Of a stretch of 64,000 nucleotides of DNA, positions 11,473 to 22,996 are shown in pieces. Origin of the DNA: Rhynchopus sp. YZ270_cl-10 (lineage: Eukaryota); the NCBI GenBank assembly GCA_964035575.1, contig OZ037843.1, positions 62,001-126,000 on the forward strand, given 5' to 3'. The notes beneath the pieces were generated by a model. That model worked only from the letters and a program-made list of their open reading frames with translations, made no database searches and was not told where the DNA came from. Positions within the stretch are counted from its first letter, which is position 1; every line of letters starts with the position of its first letter. The position numbers and the translations under genes are program-made.

Positions 11473-12708
11473 TTAATGCAAGGCACAAAAAAAAAAGGGA
11501 GTAAAACGAGTGAACAAGTCTGTGGTGGGTGTGGTACGGTGACAGATTTGGAGTGGGTCACGCCTGAACTGTGTGGATGCCTTGTGAGGGTAATTCTGTG
11601 CACCCTTTCGGTGCGGTATGCCACTTTATTCTCACAATAGGCTCTATGCGCCTTTCCTTCCTACGCGGAACCCCCTACCCCCTACCTGTTGTGTTACATG
11701 GCGAGGTTCCACATGGCGGGACAGTCCCTTCCTTCCTCTTGCGGTACAGCCCTCACAGTCTGAAAAGAACCCAAGAAAGATCATGATGATGACGACAGCA
11801 CAACGAGAAAAATAAAATCGATACCGCACTCCTACTTCTCCCGCAAACAATAAAACATACATTCATATACATACTATTTATAACACAAACAGTAAGCACT
11901 AAAGGGAATAAAACAAATAAAAACGATAAAGACAAAAGGGAGAGGTTGTGGTGCAACACACACACTGATGATGATGATAGCACAACGAGAAAAAAACGCT
12001 TCGTTTGTACTGAGAATACCGAATAAAAGAAACGGCGTTTTTAAAAACCAAAAAGCGAATAGGCGGGTTGAACGTTATTGACACTGTGTGCCCACAACGC
12101 CTTCCTTGTTGCTGCCTCGTACTGCGGTTACTTGTTGGTCTACGCAACGGGGTTACACATGGGGACAGCAGCCCTGAATCTTTGACACAAGAGGATTACA
12201 CAGACAGCACATACCTCCCCTCACGACACTGGCAGGCGTGCCCTTGATAAAAAAGGGGGCACTCCTATAGTATAGTATACTATTCCTGTCTTTCCGGCAA
12301 ACAATAAAACAATAAAGACAAAAGGGAGAGGTTGTGGTGCAACACACACACTGATGATGATGATAGCACAACGAGAAAAAACGCTTCGTTTGTACTGAGA
12401 ATACCGAATAAAAGAAACGGTGGTTTTTTTGTTTTCTTCGTTTTTGTTTTTTTGAAAAGTTGAAAAGATAGTTCAAGAAAAAGAGCTGAAAAGTTGTATA
12501 CAAAGCATACAAAAGGCTTGAGTGAAGAGTACGACTGAAAGATCGAAAATGAAAAAAGCAGTAGAGCGAGTTGCTTATACGCCCTTGCCTGGAAGATATA
12601 TGCTCACACGATTTTTGCATATGTACACGAAAATTTGACACAAAACAAGAGCGACACATTGTTTGTCTCGTTTTTTTTTTACAAAACATATTTCTTTTAC
12701 CTGGAAGG

Positions 12709-15700
12709 TCATGCCACCCGTTCCGCTGTCTTCTGCAGTTGCGAGTAGTGGTAGTGAGACGACGTCCCCTTGCCTGCTACCAGCCGCAGGACAAAAGTGT
12801 TGTTCGGCGTCACGATACTGTCGAGCGCTTCAAGCTCAGGGCCGCTGCTGTAGCCGTTGCAGATGCCGTTCAGAAGCTTCAGCGCGGTTGTTTCTAAGTT
12901 CGTTTCTCGTGTCTCGACCCCCAGCGTGTCGTCCACACCGCAATTCTCCAGCTTGCCCTCCTCACCTGCTGCACCCCCGTGGCGTCGTTCTTCCTCGAGC
13001 ATCGCTGCCAACACACCGTCCGCCTCTCTGTCACTCAGGAGCAGCATGTGGCCTGTCGGAAACGTCAGCACTGCGTCAACCAACCGAAGCGTGCGCAACG
13101 CTGTCTCTTCGTTGTTCGCGCACACTGTGTTCTTCCAGTTCGACGTGGCACACAGCTTTGCTGACCCCCAGCGAAGGGTTGCTCCCGGAAATGCTGAGTC
13201 CCATATATCCTGAAGGGTGGACACAGTAACAACGTTCCACGGCAGCGTGGCGCAAAACGCCTGCCAGGAGGACGCTGTGGCAGCCAGGCGGTAGTCCCAC
13301 ACCTTCTCTGCTAGGGGCTTCATGCTCTCGCGCTCGACCTCCTGTTCGTTCTCCTGCTCCTGCTGTGCCTCCTTCTCCTTCTCGCATTCGCGGTCAGACA
13401 CAGTTGACTTCACCTTCAGGCCTGACCCCAAGTCTTTGCAGCACCGCAGGATCACCTCACACTCCTTCCCGTATTCACCCACTTTGGTGTTCCGCAGCTG
13501 CTCCTGCACGAGTGGCTCCAAATCCGTCTCAACCAGAGGGTGGGTGTACTTGCTGAGGGGTTGCTGGTCGTCAGCCTGGATGGCACGAGGGTTGTTCTTA
13601 CATTCGTAGTGGAACACGCCGTTGTCGGCCCACTGCGACAGGCCACGTTCCCTCTCCGCTCCTGTGTTCTCGATGACCCAGCCCAGCACCTCTTCGATCG
13701 ACGGTGTGCTCTGAGATATCTGTCCCCTGACGTCCTCAGGACACAGCAACATGAGGCCCTGTTGCTGAGGTCCAAGCTGTCTCATGCGGCCTGCACCCTG
13801 CATCAGCATGTCCTTGCGGAGGTTGCGCCCAAGAGTGACAGCACCCACACAGTCTTGTGCAAGCTTCAGGTCGGATCCCCTGCAACGTGCGTTGTCGAAG
13901 ATGGCGAAGAAAACGTCGTCGGTCAGTGCGCATTCGTGTCGGATGCTGACGAGGTTTGTGTCTGTGTACATCACCTTCCAGCCTTCCTCGCTGGCTTCGG
14001 TTTCGAAGTACATAACACCTCGTTTCCCTAGGAGTTTGAAGGACGCTTGCCGCAGCACAAAGGCAGCAGCTTCCTTCGGCGGCATTCCTGCCAACAGACT
14101 GCCTGTGTCAATCAGCGCTCCTGCCTTGCCCGTCACTGCAGCCAACAGAGCTGCTTCCCCTGTGCTCCTGCCCGCCACGTGCCCTATCATGTGCACGGTG
14201 CTGCGCATCAGGTGGCTCAGCATCAGTCCGTTGGTCGCCTTCAGCTCCTCCACATCGGGTTCCCGCTGTGTCACGTAGCTAGGTAGCAGTTGGTGGTTGT
14301 CGTTCGTGCCGGAGAAGCCGACGGAACGGCGGTCAGGAAGGTCCCAGGCAGACATGGACAGCTTCTCGGGATAGGCCACAACCTCTGACGGGAGCACGAT
14401 CTGTGTCATCCAGAAGTTGATGACAGGCATGCTGTACTGGTATGTACTGTGCAGAAGAGCGTGCTGCTCGCGGTTGGTGGGGTCGAGCTTGCGCACGCAG
14501 TCGATGCTGGAGAAGTCAGACGGCTGCGACGCCACAGACGCAAACCAGCTTTTGTAGTAATAATTCTGCGCACCGTCGCTCAGTTCGAGCAGCTTGCCCA
14601 CCGCCTCACCCACCTGCGTGGTGTTCAGCCCATCGTAGTAGTGCGCCAGCATCGTGTGCAGCACCATCACGTCAGGGTGACTGAACTCAGAACGTTCTGT
14701 CGGCACGTCTGCCGCCTTGAACGGCACAGCAAGGTTGATCTTCCTCTTCTCATACGCGACACCGTACTCCACTCTGTGCCGCTTTGTCAGACAATGCGCC
14801 AGCAACTCGTGCGCAAACAACCCACGGAGACACATCAGCTGCAGCCGTTGGTGCTCCAGCAGGGCGAAACGCATGTCAGCCCCCTTCGACCCATTCAGCA
14901 CGCTGTCCTTAACCATCGCAAGCGCCTCTGCACTGTAGTCCTTTAACCAACGAAGGCACCACGGTGCACCGTGTTGCTTGATCTCCTCGCAGAGGAGGTC
15001 AAGCACCACACGGTTCAGCTGTGCTACGTTCGCATCGTGCGTGGACCGCCCATCCACCAGTCTGAAGCCTTGGAACCGGTCGATGCCTTCTCTCACCTCG
15101 ATGACTGCTGCGATGTTGTCGAGCGTCTTCCCCCGCCTGTTCAGTGCTGTCAGCACGGCAGCTGCCACTTCGTACCGTATGGCGCCGTCCACCAAGCTGT
15201 CGCCCTTGCCCACTGCGTACACAAGCTGGTATCTGTGATGGAGCAGCTCGTCGCTCTCGTCCAGGATCAGTGTTCCTGTCTTGTCCATTGTCTGCAGATG
15301 TCTCAGAAGCTTCGCTTCTGCGGGTTTGTCGTGCATGGCCAGCTCGTGTCGTTTCAGACAGAGGCTGAGCTTGTACTCTGGCACTGAAAGCACCACACCC
15401 CCCGCACGTTGCGCTTCCCTCCACTCACCTTCAAGAGCTGGCACATCAAGTTCGATGTTTCGGTGGAACGGCAGCATGTACACCCGCAGGTTCCGTGTGC
15501 TTGCCGTCAGGGTGTTAGACAGGAACCCCTGTCCTTCCTTCAGCAGCGAACGTAGGAACACAATCTGCGGCAGGATCTTCTCAGCTTTTTTTGCATCCAG
15601 GCGGGTCAGCTCCAGCAGCAGCATCGGGAGGATGACTCGTGTCTTCCCCAGCCCCATGTTGAGCTGTGAGATCGAACCAGGGTGGTGCAGAAGGTGCTTA

Positions 15701-18700
15701 GCGAGGTCATATTGGTGTGGGCGGATCTGCAGCGAGCCTTCTGCCTCGAACACCAGCCAGTGCGGGTGCTCGTCTCCGTCCCAATCTCTCACGCACCGAA
15801 GCTCCTGCACTATCTTGGCGCGGGTGTTGTCGCCTTGCACCAGCCGCAGGATCCTTTCGAGTTTGTCCTCCAGCACGCACAACTCCAGCAGACGGCGTGC
15901 ATCGTTTTGCAAGATGACACGCTGCTGGTATGTCAAAAACGGATTCAATTCGTGCGAAGGCGAGAATTCCACAGTGCCCGCCAACAGAGCCATATCCCTG
16001 AAGGTGACGGTGGGCACTCCATTCACGCAGTGCAGCAACTCGAACGACGCTGAGTGCCTCTTCGCCTGCTCGGTGGTACAGTCCGTGATGCGCTCCTGCA
16101 GGCCTGCACGCTTGGCTGACACCTCCTCCTTCAGGGAGGTCACGTACCCACTCAGAAACTCCGGTGAGGGCACATCATAGCTTGCAGTGCGGTGGTGGCG
16201 CTCCCAACTGTCCTTCAGCTCAGCACACAATCCGGGGTAGTTTGGACACGTGAACGGAAAGGAGGGTGGGACGAAGCCGGGCTCCTGTTCCGTTGCCTTC
16301 AAGATCCTCTTCTTCAGGCCCAACTCCTCCTTCTTCACGTACTCTTTGATGTCTCCCGGGTACTCTTCCAGTGTGCACTCGTGGTCGTTCCGGCTTTTTA
16401 GGTTAACCGCTTTGCGGTCCATTGGGGATGAGTGCAGCTCCCACGTGGAGAGTGCATGCCGCCAGTTCCTCCCAGGTGCTCTGCCGTATTCAGTTCGTGC
16501 CTCCTGCAGTCGTGTCATCTCCAACGCACCTCTCTCTGGCCTGTCCTTCTCCCACAGCTTGCACTGACGGAATGACGAGCGTAACAGGTCGTGGCAAATC
16601 AGAGTCAGCACCGGCACATCTTCGCCAAAGGCCGCCACATTGTCCAGCAGCTGCATGTCCCCAGCACTCAAAGGCTCGTTCGACCAGCACTCCCGACACA
16701 GTTGCACTGCAAACTCCACCGCAGTCATCCCCATCCACTGCTCCACCACCAACGTCCCTGACGCCGCAAACACAGCAGCAAGGTAGAGACGCATCGTTGT
16801 TGTTGCCGCCTTCAGTTGCCTGAACCGCACACACAAGTCGTACGCAAAGCATTTGAACGTGCTCGTGCTCGCCCCATCCATGGCAACCCGTGCACCTTCT
16901 TCATCCTGCACAATCGTCCCGCACGGAATCAACACCCTAGTGCTGCCTGCCGTCCCCTCTAACACGAGGTAGTTTTGGAAAAAGAGGGGAACACACCCGT
17001 GCTGCTGCTCGCTGCTCAGTCGCATGTTGGGGTGCTGTTCGGAGCGCACGGTGTCTCCCTCCACCCACCACGACAGCCGGAGGCGAGGAAGCCGCACCCA
17101 CAGCACCTCATTCTTGTCCACAACTGCATGCATGTGAACGTGCTCCTCGACCCTCTCGAAGAGCGGGACCAAGGAGAGCGGCGCTGCCACGAATCTGCTG
17201 AGGTGGCCCTCAGAGAGCAGAGAGAGGATGTGCTTGTACGGCTGGTCCATCTCTGCAGCTGGCACCTCGTGGACGACAGCGTGCTCGGGTGCTCCTGTCG
17301 CAGAGAGCGTATACGTCATCAAGTACTGCACCCTCTTGTTGAGGTACGACTCCTCCCTGAACCACAGCGTCTGTTGTGATACGTCGTGCCAGTGGGTGTG
17401 CAGGTCGACTAGCATCTTCGGCAGGTTCGCCACACTCCACTCCGCCTCCTGTAGACTCACAAGCTCTGATTTGTTGTCCTCTCCATCTTCCTCCCGAATC
17501 TCGAAGATCCGCACCCTGCCTGTGCCGCTGCAAATGCAGAAGTCGTAGTGGCAGTTTGTTTCGTCCCGCTTCAGTGTATTAAACGTGGCACCGGACGGGC
17601 TCTTGCTGACTTCGAAGTTTCGCGTCTCGCCGAAGCTCCGTTTGTACAACGCGCACTGCGTCACCTCGTCAGGCAGGCCGCAAGGAGGGTACCCGTTCAG
17701 CAGCACAGCCCCCGTGAGCAGGTTCACAGAGTAGTGGTCGCCCTCTGCTACGGCAGCGAAGCAGCACGTCGCCGTTCCTGTCAACGGGTCAGAGAGGTTT
17801 TCCCAGAGGGCAATATATTCCGGCATCCTGCCGAAGATCTTCCGCAGCCCTGGAGTGATCACTGTGTCAGGGTCCGCCTGTGCGTGAATCATCACATCGC
17901 TCAGCCTATGTGCTGCAACGCGTCGCACAGTCGCCAATGACTCCGGATGCTCCTCGTCCGACCTGGCGAGGCACTGACGGAACCTGAAGAGCTCCTCCAC
18001 AAGCAGAGCCGCGTCTGCAGCAGTCAGCTTCGGGACAAGAAAGCAGCGTATGGCGTACGCAGTCATCACAGCCTCCTTGTCCTTGTCGCCCACCTCCTGC
18101 ACATCCTCAAACCCGCAAACCTCCCTCCACCTGGCTGCCACCCCCCTCCACAGAAACGGAAGCCTCTGACCGCGCGGATCCGAGGAGAACTGGCTGATGA
18201 AGCAAGACAGGTCTGCCAGCACTGGGAACCCCTTGTGATCCCGAGGGCACTCACGCACCTCCTCCGCGAGCTGTGCAAAAGCAGCGACAAGCTTTGCGAC
18301 GAGAGGATCAGAAGGGCGGAACAGGTCTTCTGCTGCTTTGAAGGGATCACCGTCTTCCTTCCTCGCAAACCTCTCTGTGAAGGCACCGAGCTGGTGCGCA
18401 GAGTGGCGCAGCAGCTCAGCCACACTCGCCTCTGCAAACGGGAGGGAGCGTTCCGTCACAATCCGGAGGATCTTCCTCCACACCGAGGACGAGAAGGACC
18501 TCACACCTGCGAAGGCAAGGTGCCCCTTCACTGTGAAGGCATGTGGCTTCAGGTGCATGGTGGCGTACCCTCTGTTCCCTGCAGTGTGCTCCTGCCCCGA
18601 CGACGAGTCTTCAGGTGGGAGGAGAAAAGCCGCGAACTCCGGACGCAAACCTTCGAACACCGCCTTGCTGTAGTACTCTGTGGTGCTGTTCTGTAATACA

Positions 18701-20814
18701 GCGAAGGGGGTGTCCTGTGCCCACAGTGTCGACCCGACGTCTGGGTACCACGTTGCTTGAGTAGCGGACCAGATCTCCTCAATGTCAGAAGGGCCGTATG
18801 ACTTGGGCACGCGAATGTCCGAGGTGGGCATAAAATCGACATCTCTCTCGGCGGACGATGTAAACTTTCCTGAGCGACGGTTGTTGTAGTGGGTTGCCCA
18901 ACTTCCGCACGTATGCAATGGTTCTGTCGTTCCTGGTCTTCCCCTCGAAAGCATCCGCTGCGAGTTGAAGGAAAGGCACATCAGCACGTCAAGATCTTGG
19001 TCCATCAGGATGTAGAAGAGAACGGGATATGCGTAGTGTATGTGTTCCGGCAGCGGGCACGCAACGTACTTCGGAGGTACCTTGGTGTCCCGTATACGGT
19101 CCTCCAAATCCTGGATTCTGCTGTCTTGGTCTCTTCTGCCCCAGTAGGTGAAAACTTCAGTTGCCCGCTCGTTGTCCAGTTCTTTCCTCAAGCGCTCAAG
19201 CTGTTGCTTCTTCTCCTCCAGAGCCTTCATGAACTCTTCTTGCTTGGCAGCCACCTCGGCACGCTCCGCCTTCCATCTCTGCTGGATCTCTGCAGACCCC
19301 CTTGTAAAATCCATCGTACCTTCAGCACTCGAGCCTTGCAGCGAGAAGACACGCCGTCCGGCCTCCGACGAGAATCGTTGCAAGTACTTCGCGAGTTGCT
19401 TCACCTGGGTGCGGGTTTCCTTCTTGTCCGTCGACACGTGGCTCAGTGAGGTGTATTCCATTGCAACTCCGTAACGCGCCAGTATGGGCCACCTCTGGAC
19501 ACACATGTGGTGCACGACTACGTACGCCGACACAACCACAACCATCTCGTGGCTGCGGGAAATCAGCGACGCACCCTTGACAAGCGCCTGGTATCTTTTA
19601 ACAATCTCTTTGATGCTGTTTGTATCGCACTGGAAAACCAACGCCCCACCGGCTGAGACTGTGGAGACGAGGCGTGCAAAGTACTTCTCCACACTGGCCA
19701 CCGCCAGTTCAGGGAACGCAGCGGAGTTCTGTTGCATCCACAAATGGAAACGTGCCGCACTACAGTCGTTCACAAGCGGCATCTGTCCTATCGCTTTCGC
19801 AGCTCTGGCTGCTACATCCTCATTCGCGACTGAATCGCTTGGCGGTGGGATGAGGGCAAGGCCAACATCCAGCACAGTGTGGGCCCCGATCTCCCCGAGT
19901 CTGCGCTGTTGTGCACCCTCGTCCGCCTGTTGTTTCAGAAGAGCATCGAGGTCCCGTTTGCATGCAGACAGCGGCTCCACGACATCGGCGTCAATGTCCT
20001 TGCGGTCCTCGGTGTACAGCAGTGCACGGCTCACTGCGCTCTCCATGATCCCGACGACTTCGTTGCACTCCCCTTGGCTGAGTGGGGTGACTGCATCCTC
20101 GAGCCACGTCTGCGCCATCCACACATCGAAGTCCAGCAGCAACCTATCGCTCAGACATTCCCCCAGCAACCGTGGCAAGATGCCACAAGATATCAGAATC
20201 CAAGGCCACGACGGCTGAGCTGCTGCCGAAAAATCAGACTTGCAAACCTGGGGCACCGTTGACGTCTCCGTTGCCGCCATCTTCGCTGCACACTCGATAA
20301 ACTGCGGTGAGGGCTTGCTGCTTTTCCACTCTTTCCTTAGCTGCGTGAGGGCAGCCTCAAACCTCTCATCAAACTTTTGCATCTCAGCCTCGGCCACATC
20401 CCCGATCGCCACTGTTTGACACCCACACCAGTCACTGCCGTGCTCCAGACGACCTACACTAACTACCTCCAGAGAGCAGACATCATCCACATCACTCCTA
20501 CTGCACAACAGCACACACCCATGCTGGTCGTATTGTTGTTTGATGTTGATCGCGACCCCGTCTTCGCGCACATGGTTCTCCCCTAAAAGAGTAGCCACAG
20601 CGCCTTTTGCACGATCGGAGTCCTCTCCTAGCGTTGCACACTGCGACACAAAACCCTTCAATAGACATGTCAACGAAGAGAACGACTCTTCCTTGTACAC
20701 ACGGCGTGTTGCGTTTGGATGCATCTGGGGTTGAGAAGAGGGCGGAGGTACGTAGCGTGTGGCTGGGCTGTGCACGAAGTATGCGATCTGAATTGTTAAA
20801 GAGGTGCGGAACAC
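12709..20814 (-). CDS. Giant DUF3638/DUF3645 P-loop protein, copy 2 (likely ATG at MHPNAT, ~20724)
   Basis: Same motifs as copy 1; C-terminal part identical, N-terminal half mosaic-divergent. Confidence 0.92.
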   Translation of the reverse strand: MFRTSLTIQIAYFVHSPATRYVPPPSSQPQMHPNATRRVYKEESFSSLTCLLKGFVSQCATLGEDSDRAKGAVATLLGENHVREDGVAINIKQQYDQHGCVLLCSRSDVDDVCSLEVVSVGRLEHGSDWCGCQTVAIGDVAEAEMQKFDERFEAALTQLRKEWKSSKPSPQFIECAAKMAATETSTVPQVCKSDFSAAAQPSWPWILISCGILPRLLGECLSDRLLLDFDVWMAQTWLEDAVTPLSQGECNEVVGIMESAVSRALLYTEDRKDIDADVVEPLSACKRDLDALLKQQADEGAQQRRLGEIGAHTVLDVGLALIPPPSDSVANEDVAARAAKAIGQMPLVNDCSAARFHLWMQQNSAAFPELAVASVEKYFARLVSTVSAGGALVFQCDTNSIKEIVKRYQALVKGASLISRSHEMVVVVSAYVVVHHMCVQRWPILARYGVAMEYTSLSHVSTDKKETRTQVKQLAKYLQRFSSEAGRRVFSLQGSSAEGTMDFTRGSAEIQQRWKAERAEVAAKQEEFMKALEEKKQQLERLRKELDNERATEVFTYWGRRDQDSRIQDLEDRIRDTKVPPKYVACPLPEHIHYAYPVLFYILMDQDLDVLMCLSFNSQRMLSRGRPGTTEPLHTCGSWATHYNNRRSGKFTSSAERDVDFMPTSDIRVPKSYGPSDIEEIWSATQATWYPDVGSTLWAQDTPFAVLQNSTTEYYSKAVFEGLRPEFAAFLLPPEDSSSGQEHTAGNRGYATMHLKPHAFTVKGHLAFAGVRSFSSSVWRKILRIVTERSLPFAEASVAELLRHSAHQLGAFTERFARKEDGDPFKAAEDLFRPSDPLVAKLVAAFAQLAEEVRECPRDHKGFPVLADLSCFISQFSSDPRGQRLPFLWRGVAARWREVCGFEDVQEVGDKDKEAVMTAYAIRCFLVPKLTAADAALLVEELFRFRQCLARSDEEHPESLATVRRVAAHRLSDVMIHAQADPDTVITPGLRKIFGRMPEYIALWENLSDPLTGTATCCFAAVAEGDHYSVNLLTGAVLLNGYPPCGLPDEVTQCALYKRSFGETRNFEVSKSPSGATFNTLKRDETNCHYDFCICSGTGRVRIFEIREEDGEDNKSELVSLQEAEWSVANLPKMLVDLHTHWHDVSQQTLWFREESYLNKRVQYLMTYTLSATGAPEHAVVHEVPAAEMDQPYKHILSLLSEGHLSRFVAAPLSLVPLFERVEEHVHMHAVVDKNEVLWVRLPRLRLSWWVEGDTVRSEQHPNMRLSSEQQHGCVPLFFQNYLVLEGTAGSTRVLIPCGTIVQDEEGARVAMDGASTSTFKCFAYDLCVRFRQLKAATTTMRLYLAAVFAASGTLVVEQWMGMTAVEFAVQLCRECWSNEPLSAGDMQLLDNVAAFGEDVPVLTLICHDLLRSSFRQCKLWEKDRPERGALEMTRLQEARTEYGRAPGRNWRHALSTWELHSSPMDRKAVNLKSRNDHECTLEEYPGDIKEYVKKEELGLKKRILKATEQEPGFVPPSFPFTCPNYPGLCAELKDSWERHHRTASYDVPSPEFLSGYVTSLKEEVSAKRAGLQERITDCTTEQAKRHSASFELLHCVNGVPTVTFRDMALLAGTVEFSPSHELNPFLTYQQRVILQNDARRLLELCVLEDKLERILRLVQGDNTRAKIVQELRCVRDWDGDEHPHWLVFEAEGSLQIRPHQYDLAKHLLHHPGSISQLNMGLGKTRVILPMLLLELTRLDAKKAEKILPQIVFLRSLLKEGQGFLSNTLTASTRNLRVYMLPFHRNIELDVPALEGEWREAQRAGGVVLSVPEYKLSLCLKRHELAMHDKPAEAKLLRHLQTMDKTGTLILDESDELLHHRYQLVYAVGKGDSLVDGAIRYEVAAAVLTALNRRGKTLDNIAAVIEVREGIDRFQGFRLVDGRSTHDANVAQLNRVVLDLLCEEIKQHGAPWCLRWLKDYSAEALAMVKDSVLNGSKGADMRFALLEHQRLQLMCLRGLFAHELLAHCLTKRHRVEYGVAYEKRKINLAVPFKAADVPTERSEFSHPDVMVLHTMLAHYYDGLNTTQVGEAVGKLLELSDGAQNYYYKSWFASVASQPSDFSSIDCVRKLDPTNREQHALLHSTYQYSMPVINFWMTQIVLPSEVVAYPEKLSMSAWDLPDRRSVGFSGTNDNHQLLPSYVTQREPDVEELKATNGLMLSHLMRSTVHMIGHVAGRSTGEAALLAAVTGKAGALIDTGSLLAGMPPKEAAAFVLRQASFKLLGKRGVMYFETEASEEGWKVMYTDTNLVSIRHECALTDDVFFAIFDNARCRGSDLKLAQDCVGAVTLGRNLRKDMLMQGAGRMRQLGPQQQGLMLLCPEDVRGQISQSTPSIEEVLGWVIENTGAERERGLSQWADNGVFHYECKNNPRAIQADDQQPLSKYTHPLVETDLEPLVQEQLRNTKVGEYGKECEVILRCCKDLGSGLKVKSTVSDRECEKEKEAQQEQENEQEVERESMKPLAEKVWDYRLAATASSWQAFCATLPWNVVTVSTLQDIWDSAFPGATLRWGSAKLCATSNWKNTVCANNEETALRTLRLVDAVLTFPTGHMLLLSDREADGVLAAMLEEERRHGGAAGEEGKLENCGVDDTLGVETRETNLETTALKLLNGICNGYSSGPELEALDSIVTPNNTFVLRLVAGKGTSSHYHYSQLQKTAERVA

Positions 20815-21371
20815 AGCAGGGGAGGAGTGAGGTGGTGCGTATGTACGCCCTCAGAGGGGGGTGTGCTGATGAGAGGGGTTTTTGGTTGAAAATTGTTTGT
20901 TTGTTTGTTTTATTTTTTGTGATGTTCGCTGTGTGGTGGAAGCTTTTTAATTTTTGTGGGGTGGGGTGGGAGGATTGTACAGTCGAAGAGTTACGGCATC
21001 AGAACTTCAGGTGAGGCACGGCTCCTAGCAGCGGGCTCGGGGGGTGATCGCGTATGTGTCAGTGTGAGTGCGAGCATGAAAAAACAAAGAAAACATGAAC
21101 CGAGACAAATCGCGATTACAAGCTGCTAATGAAGTCCACTGCCGGGTCAAACAGGCGGAAACATGAGGGAAATATTGCTTACTCAGATGATTTAAAATGT
21201 GGGCTTTTTTTTTTTTTTTTTTTTGGGAATTACTGGCAGTACACCCCCCCGCAAACGATAAAACAATAAAAACAAAGACAAAACGTTTATGAGCTGACCC
21301 TAAGTCATGAATGTCCAAAGTACTTGAAGTATATCAAGTACTTGATCCCCCAAAAAACCCAATACTTGATA

Positions 21372-21878
21372 CTGTAAAATCGTTTAATTTGTCACACCCT
21401 AATTAACCGAGTTGAAATATCAGCCATAAATAAACTTTGTCACTCCCTAAGAATATGTGTCACATTAAACGATGATTTAATTTATGTTTATGGTTATTTT
21501 TGTGTCTACTTTTTAAAGTACAGCCTTGAGTGATACTTTCTGTACTAGCACTGCAACCGATCCTCAGTCGACAGCAGATCCCCGTGGGACGGAAGCTGCC
21601 GAGGCCTCTCACACACGAAGCCTTCCCGATATCAGCCAGTGCCATGGAGAAAGCGTTGCCTCTTGTGCTCCGCAGAACCCCCTTGGTCTGCAGCGTCTTC
21701 TCAAAACTAACAACCTGGGCACCCTTCCACTGCAGTATCAGAACCAGCTCCCCCGTCTGTGGTCCCAAAACATAATTAAATCATCATAATAATGTGTCAC
21801 TTATATAATTTGTCATTTTGTCACCATTTTTGCCATTCTGTCACATTATTGTAGGTGACAAATTAAACGATTTTACAG
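21372..21878. mobile_element. Tc1/mariner/pogo-type MITE
   Basis: Perfect 24-bp TIR CTGTAAAATCGTTTAATTTGTCAC flanked by TA on both sides. Confidence 0.85.
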
Positions 21879-21880
21879 TA

Positions 21881-22596
21881 CCTACCCTCCCCCGTGCATA
21901 AGTCTGCGTATAAGTCCGATTTTTAGGGGGGCTGAGGGCCTCCGGACTTATACACGGGGTTTCGGACTTATACACCGTTCGGTTTTGTGCACCCAGGTAC
22001 CCAGACCCATGCAGTGTCACATGACCTCAGTGTGAGTGACCCACACATGAGGGAATGTGACACCGCAAAATTTACCCTGTCTTCGTGCAACTTCGGTACA
22101 ACGCCGCAGACAGGCCAACCAGCGTTGGACTCAGAGGAATGCCTGCTGGGAAGGTATCAAACATGAGAACCAACTCCCAGCAACAAGGGGCACCTTTTTT
22201 GGCTGCTGAGACTGTTTGGGGCGCAAAGTTTTCCACAATTTTGCAGTAACAGGTGCACATCTTTGAGAATTGTGAGGATGATGTTTTGACATGAGAAGCG
22301 CGAAGATGATCCCTGGTGAATACACCGCCAATAAAACAAATTGCGCTCGCTTCGCTCGCGGAAAAACACCCAATATTTCCCCCCCGCTCGCTTCGCGAGC
22401 GGGAAAACGCGCCAAAAAAAATTCTCCCCACCACCAGTACACAAAACCGGTGTATAAGTCGGCCTGTGCATAAGTCCGATCCTGAGCCCAAATCTGCCCG
22501 AACTTATACACGGATCATCGGACTTATGCACGGGTCATGGGGGTCGGACTTATGCACGGGTCATGGGGGTCGGACTTATGCACGGGGGGGAGTAGG
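21881..22596. mobile_element. TA-flanked MITE abutting the previous one
   Basis: TIR CCTAC(C/T)C(T/C)CCCCCGTGCATAAGTC; internal repeats GGACTTAT(A/G)CACGG; TA on both sides. Confidence 0.8.
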
Positions 22597-22666
22597 TACT
22601 TGATCAATCTTCAAGTACTTGACTGTCATTTTGAGAGGGAAAAAAAGGGGGATCAATTACTTCAAC

Positions 22667-22996
22667 TGAGGTGATCCAGTCTCACGCTTTTTCACACATT
22701 TTTACTTGGTTTCACACATTTTCACACATTTTCACATGATTTCACGGTGTGAAAAAGTGTGTACGAAAGTGAAAAAAAAACTGCTTCACGCACTCTGAGT
22801 GGATTCCTCCAGAAAAAAAACTTGGTGTTTTCACATGGTTTCACACATTTTCACTTGGTTTCACATATTTTCACTTGGTTTCACACATTTTCACTTGGTT
22901 TCACACATTTTCACTTGATTTCACACATTTTCACCTTGGTTTCACACGTTTTCACGATGTGAAAAAGTGTGGAAAAGTGTGCGCTGGATCACCTCA
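22667..22996. mobile_element. MITE with 5-bp TSD and internal ~20-bp minisatellite
   Basis: TIR TGAGGTGATCCAG / CTGGATCACCTCA; TSD TCAAC (22662-66, 22997-23001); repeats of TTTCACACATTTTCACTTGG. Confidence 0.8.

Larger units (their letters stand above)
1..20730. repeat. Tandem segmental repeat, unit 10,033 bp (giant gene plus intergenic region)
   Basis: All ORF-track entries in 11-6147 recur with identical translation at +10,033; first visible difference at 6270/16303. Confidence 0.95.

Noticed and set aside
2824..20600. Many plus-strand ORFs up to 299 aa overlapping the giant genes
   Set aside because: Antisense shadows of GC-rich coding sequence with no recognisable motifs.
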